DNA of 64,000 bases from Rhabdothermincola salaria (GTDB taxonomy: Bacteria; Actinomycetota; Acidimicrobiia; Acidimicrobiales; Acidimicrobilacustridaceae): the NCBI RefSeq assembly GCF_021246445.1, contig NZ_JAJQXW010000001.1, positions 1,070,168 through 1,134,167 of the forward strand. The letters are read 5' to 3'. Below are positions 58,387-64,000 of the stretch, piece by piece. The position numbers and the translations under genes are program-made. Under the pieces are notes generated by a model. That model was not told the DNA's origin. It worked only from the letters and a program-made list of their open reading frames with translations, and searched no databases. Positions within the stretch are counted from its first letter, which is position 1. Each line of letters starts with the position of its first letter.

Positions 58387-60063
58387 TCACGGGGCGATGA
58401 AGGTCTCGTTGAACAGGACCATGGAGGCGATGGTGGGCACCACGCCGTGCACGCTCGGGTTCCACGCGATCAGCTCGGGCTGCTGCGACAGGATCACGCC
58501 CGGCATGTCACGGTCCCAGATGACCTGGATCTCGTCGAGGATCTCCTGGATGCGAGCCGGGTCGTCGGCCCCACGCAGCTCGATGAGCAGCTCGTCGATC
58601 TGGGGGTCCGAGTAGCCGGACGGGTTGGCCAGGCTGGTGCTCGACAAGTTGTTGTTGAGCGCCACCCACGGCTCGGCGTCGGCGATGTTCATGCCCCACG
58701 AGATCATGTCGTAGTTGGCGTCGATGAACACCCGGTTGATCATGTCGGTGATGGTCGGCAGGACCTCCACCTCGATGTCGAAGCCCACGTTGTTCAACAG
58801 CGCCTGGATCGAGAAGGCCCGGTCCTCGGAGCCCACCGCGGTGATGGTGCTCATCTTGCCGTCCCAGCCGGTCTCGGCCTTGTACTCCTCGAGCAAGCGA
58901 CGAGCCTCCTCGGGATCAGCCTCCACCGTGCTCTCGGTCGCCCACTCCGAGCGGGGACCCATGAGCGAGTTCGTCGGGAAGCCCATGCCGTCGTAGCCGC
59001 GGTCGTTGTAGGCCTGCGAGTCGATGGCGAGGCGCACCGCCATGCGGACCCGCTCGTCGGCGGTGGGGCGGTCGGTCTGGTCGCGCACACCGTTGTTCAT
59101 GAGCAGGAACTCACCGCTGTTGTTGAGGGTCAGGAACCCCGGGTAGCCGGCGTCGATGACCTCGCGAGCCGGGACCGGCAGACGGATGAACCCGGCCTCG
59201 AAGTCGTCGGACAGCACCGCTTCGGCCTTGGCCGCGTCGCCCTGCAGGTGAGCGAAGCGGATCTGGTCGAGGTACGGGCCCTCGCCCCAGTAGTCCTCGT
59301 TGGCGTCGAGGGCGAGCACCTCGTTGGCCGCGAACTCGGCCAGGTTGGCGAACGGGCCGGCCCCGACGGGGCTGTCGGCCCAGTTCTCGGGATCGGCCTG
59401 GATGGCCGTCGGCGAGGCGATGTAGCCGCCTTGGTGAGCCAGGAGGTACGGGAAGCCCGACCACGCCGTCTCGAGGTTGTAGGTCACCTCGAGCGGACCG
59501 GTGACCTCCCACGTCATCCCCTGCATGACCGGTGCGATGCGGGCCCGGTTGTCGATGAGGCGCTGCATGTTGAACGCCACCGCTTCGGCGTCGTAGGGCG
59601 TGCCGTCGGTGAACGTGATGTCGGGACGCAGCGTGAGGGTCCACTGGGTGAAGTCCTCGTTGGGCTCGAGGCTCTCGGCCAGGTGGGGCACGAAGTCGTT
59701 CGTCTCGAAATCGAAGCGCATGAGCACGTCGTAGAGGGCGGCCATCTCGATGCCGCCGGCGGTGCCGGCCCCGTTGACCTTGGCCGGGTCGAGGGTGGTA
59801 ATGGGCGAGTACATGCCCATGGTGAGCGTGCCGCCCTCGACGGGTTCCATCTCCTCCTGGGTGTTGACGAAGCCGGTGTTGAGTGCACCGTCGTCGATGA
59901 TCTCCTCGCCGGCGGCGTCGCCCCCGTTGCCCCCGTTGCCCCCGTTGCCTCCGTCACCGCTCTCGTCGTCGCTGGCGCACGACGAGGCCAACAGCGCCGC
60001 GAACAACGCGATGGCCATCATGACGAGCCAACGCGGGCGCGTCGACGTTCCTGCTCTGTGCAT
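58387..60063 (-). CDS. ABC transporter substrate-binding lipoprotein, family 5 (peptide/nickel type), tandem copy 1
   Basis: 558 aa; signal plus lipobox LLASSCAS; SBP_bac_5 architecture; about 90+% identical to the adjacent copy. Confidence 0.85.
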   Translation of the reverse strand: MHRAGTSTRPRWLVMMAIALFAALLASSCASDDESGDGGNGGNGGNGGDAAGEEIIDDGALNTGFVNTQEEMEPVEGGTLTMGMYSPITTLDPAKVNGAGTAGGIEMAALYDVLMRFDFETNDFVPHLAESLEPNEDFTQWTLTLRPDITFTDGTPYDAEAVAFNMQRLIDNRARIAPVMQGMTWEVTGPLEVTYNLETAWSGFPYLLAHQGGYIASPTAIQADPENWADSPVGAGPFANLAEFAANEVLALDANEDYWGEGPYLDQIRFAHLQGDAAKAEAVLSDDFEAGFIRLPVPAREVIDAGYPGFLTLNNSGEFLLMNNGVRDQTDRPTADERVRMAVRLAIDSQAYNDRGYDGMGFPTNSLMGPRSEWATESTVEADPEEARRLLEEYKAETGWDGKMSTITAVGSEDRAFSIQALLNNVGFDIEVEVLPTITDMINRVFIDANYDMISWGMNIADAEPWVALNNNLSSTSLANPSGYSDPQIDELLIELRGADDPARIQEILDEIQVIWDRDMPGVILSQQPELIAWNPSVHGVVPTIASMVLFNETFIAP

Positions 60064-60169
60064 CAGGTCCCCCCTGGTGAGTAGCGCTCGGTTTCGAGCC
60101 TTGCCACTCCGAAACTAGCCCAGGTCGAGTGCCATATGTCACACCGGGGCCCGAACCCTCGACCCTCCC

Positions 60170-60215
60170 CCGACGCGGGACTGCCCCCGCCGCGGGTCGC
60201 GCCGGGGGCAGTCGC
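60170..60215. terminator. Inverted repeat gactgcccccg...cgggggcagtc just downstream of SBP copy 2 stop
   Basis: 11-nt arms seen directly; lies between the tandem SBP genes. Confidence 0.45.
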
Positions 60216-60230
60216 TCGGTGCCGGAGAGG

Positions 60231-61898
60231 TCAGCCGGTGATGAAGGTCTCGTGGAACAGGACCATGGAGGCGATGGTGGGCACCACGCCGTGCACGCTC
60301 GGGTTCCACGCGATCAGCTCGGGCTGCTGCGACAGGATCACGCCGGGCTGGTTGTCACTCCAGATGACCTGGATCTCGTCGAGGATCTCCTGGGTGCGGG
60401 CCGCGTCGTCGCTGGCGCGCAGCTCGATGAGCAGTTCGTCGAGCTGTGGGTCGCTGAAGCCCGACGGGTTGGCCAGGCTGGTGCTCGACAGGTTCTGGTT
60501 GAGCGCCACCCACGGCTCGGCGTCGGCGATGTTCATGCCCCACGAGATCATGTCGTAGTTGGCGTCGATGAACACCCGGTTGATCATGTCGGTGATGGTC
60601 GGCAGGACCTCCACCTCGATGTCGAAGCCCACGTTGTTCAACAGCGCCTGGATCGAGAAGGCCCGGTCCTCGGAGCCCACCGCGGTGATGGTGCTCATCT
60701 TGCCGTCCCAGCCGGTCTCGGCCTTGTACTCCTCGAGCAAGCGACGAGCCTCCTCGGGATCAGCCTCCACCGTGCTCTCGGTCGCCCACTCCGAGCGGGG
60801 ACCCATGAGCGAGTTCGTCGGGAAGCCCAGGCCGTCGTAGCCGCGGTCGTTGTAGGCCTGCGAGTCGATGGCGAGGCGCACCGCCTTGCGGACCCGCTCG
60901 TCGGCGGTGGGGCGATCGGTCTGATCGCGCACACCGTTGTTCATCAAGATGAACTCACCGCTGTTGTTGAGGGTCAGGAACCCCGGGTAGCCGGCGTCGA
61001 TGACCTCGCGAGCCGGCACCGGCAGACGGATGAACCCGGCCTCGAAGTCGTCGGACAGCACCGCTTCGGCCTTGGCCGCATCGCCCTGCAGGTGAGCGAA
61101 GCGGATCTGGTCGAGGTACGGGCCCTCGCCCCAGTAGTCCTCGTTGGCGTCGAGGGCGAGCACCTCGTTGGCCGAGAACTCGGCCAGGTTGGCGAACGGG
61201 CCGGCCCCGACGGGGTTGTCGGCCCAGTTCTCGGGATCGGCCTGGATGGCCGTCGGCGAGGCGATGTAGCCGCCAGTCCACGCCAGCACCCACGGGAAGC
61301 CGGACCACGCCGTCTCCAGGTTGAAGGTGAGGGTCTGGGGGTCGGTCACCTCCCAGGTGAGGCCGACCAGCAGCGGACGCAAGCGGCTGGCGCTGTCGTT
61401 GTGGCGCTGCAGGTTGAAGGCCACCGCCTCGGCGTCGTAGGGCGTGCCGTCGGTGAAGGTCACGTCCGACGGCAGCGTGAGGGTCCACTGGGTGAAGTCC
61501 TCGTTGGGCTCGAGGCTCTCGGCCAGGTGCGGCACGAACTCGCCGGTGTCGTAGTCGTAGCGCATGAGCACGTCGTAGAGGGCGGCCATCTCGATGCCGC
61601 CGGCGGTGCCGCTGCCGTTGATCACGGTGGGGTCGAGGCTGGTGATGGGCGAGTACATGCCCATGGTGAGCGTGCCGCCCTCGACGGGCTCCACCTCGTC
61701 CTGGGTGTTGACGAAACCGGTGTTGAGCGCACCGTCGTCGATGATCTCCTCGCCGGAGGCGTCGCCGCCGTTGCCCCCGTTGCCGCCGTCACCGCTCTCG
61801 TCGTCGCTGGCGCACGACGAGGCCAACAACGCTGCGAACAACGCGATGGCCATCATGACGAGCCAACGCGGGCGCGTCGACGTTCCTGCTCTGTACAT
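60231..61898 (-). CDS. ABC transporter substrate-binding lipoprotein, family 5, tandem copy 2
   Basis: 555 aa paralog; differs mainly in residues about 160-200 and in GGN repeat number. Confidence 0.85.
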   Translation of the reverse strand: MYRAGTSTRPRWLVMMAIALFAALLASSCASDDESGDGGNGGNGGDASGEEIIDDGALNTGFVNTQDEVEPVEGGTLTMGMYSPITSLDPTVINGSGTAGGIEMAALYDVLMRYDYDTGEFVPHLAESLEPNEDFTQWTLTLPSDVTFTDGTPYDAEAVAFNLQRHNDSASRLRPLLVGLTWEVTDPQTLTFNLETAWSGFPWVLAWTGGYIASPTAIQADPENWADNPVGAGPFANLAEFSANEVLALDANEDYWGEGPYLDQIRFAHLQGDAAKAEAVLSDDFEAGFIRLPVPAREVIDAGYPGFLTLNNSGEFILMNNGVRDQTDRPTADERVRKAVRLAIDSQAYNDRGYDGLGFPTNSLMGPRSEWATESTVEADPEEARRLLEEYKAETGWDGKMSTITAVGSEDRAFSIQALLNNVGFDIEVEVLPTITDMINRVFIDANYDMISWGMNIADAEPWVALNQNLSSTSLANPSGFSDPQLDELLIELRASDDAARTQEILDEIQVIWSDNQPGVILSQQPELIAWNPSVHGVVPTIASMVLFHETFITG

Positions 61899-62017
61899 CA
61901 GGTCCCCCTGGTGAGGTCGTGCTCCATTTCGAGCCTTGCGGGTCCGAAACTACTCCACGCGCGAGGTGGCCGACGTCACACGATGAGACGGGCCGCTCGC
62001 GCGCCGGTCCGGCCGCC

Positions 62018-62215
62018 TCATCCGGCGAGGAAGGCGTCGTGGAACAGCACCATCGAGGTGATGGTCGGCACGATCCCGTGGACGTCGGGGTTCCAGGCGA
62101 TGAGGGTCGGCTGCTGGGACAGGATCACCCCGGGCGTGTCCCGATCCCAGATCACCTGGATCTCGTCGATGAGCTCCTGGGAGCGCACGGGGTCATTGCT
62201 CGAGCGCAGGGGCAC
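62018..62215 (-). pseudogene. 3' remnant (last about 65 codons) of a third family-5 SBP copy
   Basis: Translation ...ELIDEIQVIWDRDTPGVILSQQPTLIAWNPDVHGIVPTITSMVLFHDAFLAG aligns to the C-termini of the two full copies; no N-terminal 490 aa. Confidence 0.7.
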
Positions 62216-62230
62216 TCCTCTCCATCCCGC

Positions 62231-62866
62231 TCAACGGGACCGGTGCAGACCGTCCAGCACGTGGTCGACGAGGTCTTCGGCCACGTCCTCGTCCACCGGG
62301 AGGCCGGCGATCAGGTCGCGGTACACGAGCGGGCCACTGAAGAGGTCGAGAGCGATGTCGAGGTCGAGGTCGTCTCGCAGCTCACCCCGCTCGACCCCCC
62401 GCACCAGGATCTCGCGCAGCACGGCGCGCCGGCTCACCAGGTAGCGACCCCAGGCCTCGCGCAGCTCCGGCTGCTCGAAGGCCGCCGACAGCAGGCTGGG
62501 CAGGACGTCGCCACGGGGGCCGGTCATCAGCCGCAGCGAGAAGCGCTGGTAGGCGTGGAGGTCGCCCCGCACGGTGCCGGTGTCGGGCACCGGCGGTCGG
62601 AGGGTGAGGGTGGAGAGCGCGGCCAGGACCAGCTCCGTCTTCGTCGGCCACCGCCGGTAGATGGTGGCCTTGCCCACCCCGGCCCGGTCGGCGATGGCGG
62701 CGATGGTCGTGCCCCGCACACCGTGGCGCCCCACCAGCTCGATGGTGGCGCTCAAGATGGCAGCGTCGGCCTCGGAGTCGCGCGGCCTCCCGGGCCGGCG
62801 ACCGGCCGGCCCGTCGCCTGCCTCCGCCGCTGCCGTGCCCCTCCGGCTCGTCGCACTCGTCGCCAT
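62231..62866 (-). CDS. TetR/AcrR family transcriptional regulator
   Basis: HTH TTIAAIADRAGVGKATIYRRWPTK; ATG at 62866 (MATSATSRRG). Confidence 0.8.
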   Translation of the reverse strand: MATSATSRRGTAAAEAGDGPAGRRPGRPRDSEADAAILSATIELVGRHGVRGTTIAAIADRAGVGKATIYRRWPTKTELVLAALSTLTLRPPVPDTGTVRGDLHAYQRFSLRLMTGPRGDVLPSLLSAAFEQPELREAWGRYLVSRRAVLREILVRGVERGELRDDLDLDIALDLFSGPLVYRDLIAGLPVDEDVAEDLVDHVLDGLHRSR

Positions 62867-62972
62867 CGCCTCGATGCGGCGAACACTACGCGTCTGCTTC
62901 GACCGACGGCCGGTCCGGAGTCCGCCGCTCGCCGGGCGGGGCTGGGCGGGCACCGGGAGGGGCCGGCGGGTC

Positions 62973-63923
62973 CTAGAAGTAGATGATCTTCTTGGCCCGC
63001 TCGACGACCTCGTCGATGTCGTCGGTCCAGGCGCCGGTGGAGAGGTACTTCCACCCTCCGTCGCACACGATGAACACGATGGTTCCCTCGTCGATCGCCT
63101 CGGCGACCTTGCAGGCGCCGGCGAGCGCGGCGCCGGCGGAGATGCCCGAGAAGATGCCGCACTCCTCGGCGAGTCGTCGGGTGTAGACGATGCTCTCCTT
63201 GGGGCGCACGATGCGCTTGCGGTCGAGGAGCTCGGGTCCGCCCCACTTCTCGTAGACCGGCGGGATGTAGCCCTCGTCGAGGTTGCGCAGGCCCTCGACG
63301 AGCTCGCCGATGGGCGGCTCGACGGCGATGACCTGGATGTCGGGGTTCTGTTCCTTCAGGAACGTGCCGACGCCCATGAGGGTGCCGCTGGTGCCGAGGC
63401 CGGCCACGAAGTGGGTGATCTCGGGGCAGTCGCGCCAGATCTCGGGGCCGGTGCCCTCGTAGTGGGCCCGTGGGTTGGCCTCGTTGGCGTACTGGTAGAG
63501 GAACGCCCACTCCGGGTGCTCGTCGGCCAGGGCGATGGCCCGCCGCACCGCGCCGTTGGACCCCTCGTTGCCCGGTGAGAGGATGATCTCGGCCCCGAAG
63601 ACCTCGAGGAGCTGGCGGCGCTCGATCGAGACGTTCTCGGGCAGCACGATCTTGATGGGATAGCCCTTGATGCGGGCGATCATGGCCATGGCGATGCCGG
63701 TGTTGCCCGACGACGGCTCGATGATGGTCTTGCCCGGGCTGAGCGTCCCGTCGGCCTCGGCCTCCTCGATCATCTGGAGGGCGATGCGGTCCTTGACCGA
63801 CCCGGCCGGGTTCTGACCCTCCATCTTGCCGAGAATCCGCACCTTGGGGTTGGGGCTGATGCGGCTCACGTCGACGAGCGGCGTGTCGCCGATCATGTCG
63901 AGCACCGATGAGTACACAGCCAT
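62973..63923 (-). CDS. cysK: cysteine synthase (O-acetylserine sulfhydrylase)
   Basis: 316 aa; PLP-lysine motif NPAGSVKDR, GTGGT loop; GGAAGGG RBS upstream. Confidence 0.9.
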   Translation of the reverse strand: MAVYSSVLDMIGDTPLVDVSRISPNPKVRILGKMEGQNPAGSVKDRIALQMIEEAEADGTLSPGKTIIEPSSGNTGIAMAMIARIKGYPIKIVLPENVSIERRQLLEVFGAEIILSPGNEGSNGAVRRAIALADEHPEWAFLYQYANEANPRAHYEGTGPEIWRDCPEITHFVAGLGTSGTLMGVGTFLKEQNPDIQVIAVEPPIGELVEGLRNLDEGYIPPVYEKWGGPELLDRKRIVRPKESIVYTRRLAEECGIFSGISAGAALAGACKVAEAIDEGTIVFIVCDGGWKYLSTGAWTDDIDEVVERAKKIIYF

Positions 63924-64000
63924 GGAGGCCCTTCCGTGACGGTGTCCGCCGGGTGGCGGACGGCGATGTCCCGGATGGCGCCGGGACGAATGTCGACCGT

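Noticed and set aside
62018-62215. Independent 65-aa gene
   Set aside because: It aligns only to the C-terminus of the neighbouring SBP paralogs and has no signal peptide or N-domain, so it is best explained as a deletion remnant.
63924-64000. Partial gene upstream of cysK (possible cysO/ThiS-like or mec)
   Set aside because: Only 77 nt are available. The frame could not be established from sequence alone.

Overview
This is a high-GC (about 70%) actinobacterial-type chromosomal segment. It is densely packed with housekeeping operons, and several genes overlap by 4 nt (GTGA or ATGA) at their start/stop codons.

The minus strand from nt 1 to about 17.6 kb is one continuous co-directional array: mreB-mreC-mreD-mrdA(PBP2)-rodA-rarA-DUF948-YtxH-like-alaS-ruvX(yqgF)-mltG-aroE-DUF4388-prepilin peptidase-aroC-aroK-aroB. 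After it come ndk, a three-gene Tad-like pseudopilin set (TadE-like, TadG-like, long Flp/TadF-like) with no secretion ATPase or platform genes, folC, clpX-clpP2-tig, and a divergent VanY-like M15 peptidase with an internally duplicated C-terminal domain.

The middle of the window holds tRNA-Pro/Gly, two lipoproteins, YceI, DUF389, TauD, flotillin-NfeD, an MFS pump, enoyl-CoA hydratase and an LLM oxidoreductase. A tRNA-Arg/His/Lys cluster follows, and immediately after it sits the most unusual block (37.5-43.2 kb): Stf0-type sulfotransferase, GT4, PqqD-like RRE chaperone, HPr-kinase-like P-loop kinase, GT2 and an NTP_transf_5 nucleotidyltransferase. This looks like a RiPP/lasso-style tailoring cassette, but no cyclase, leader protease or precursor peptide is visible.

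The rest of the window contains a PAS-GGDEF-EAL protein, HU with a KKAPA-repeat tail, a SigK/RskA-like ECF sigma/anti-sigma pair, an RNA methyltransferase divergent from rpe, a second unlinked clpP (clpP1-like), tRNA-Leu, glutamate decarboxylase, a CPBP protease, csoR, rdgB-rph-MBL-murI, two near-identical tandem family-5 solute-binding-protein genes plus a 3' remnant of a third copy, tetR and cysK. No CRISPR array, integrase or transposase was seen. Fine coordinates of RNA features and hairpins may be off by 1-2 nt because they were indexed by hand.
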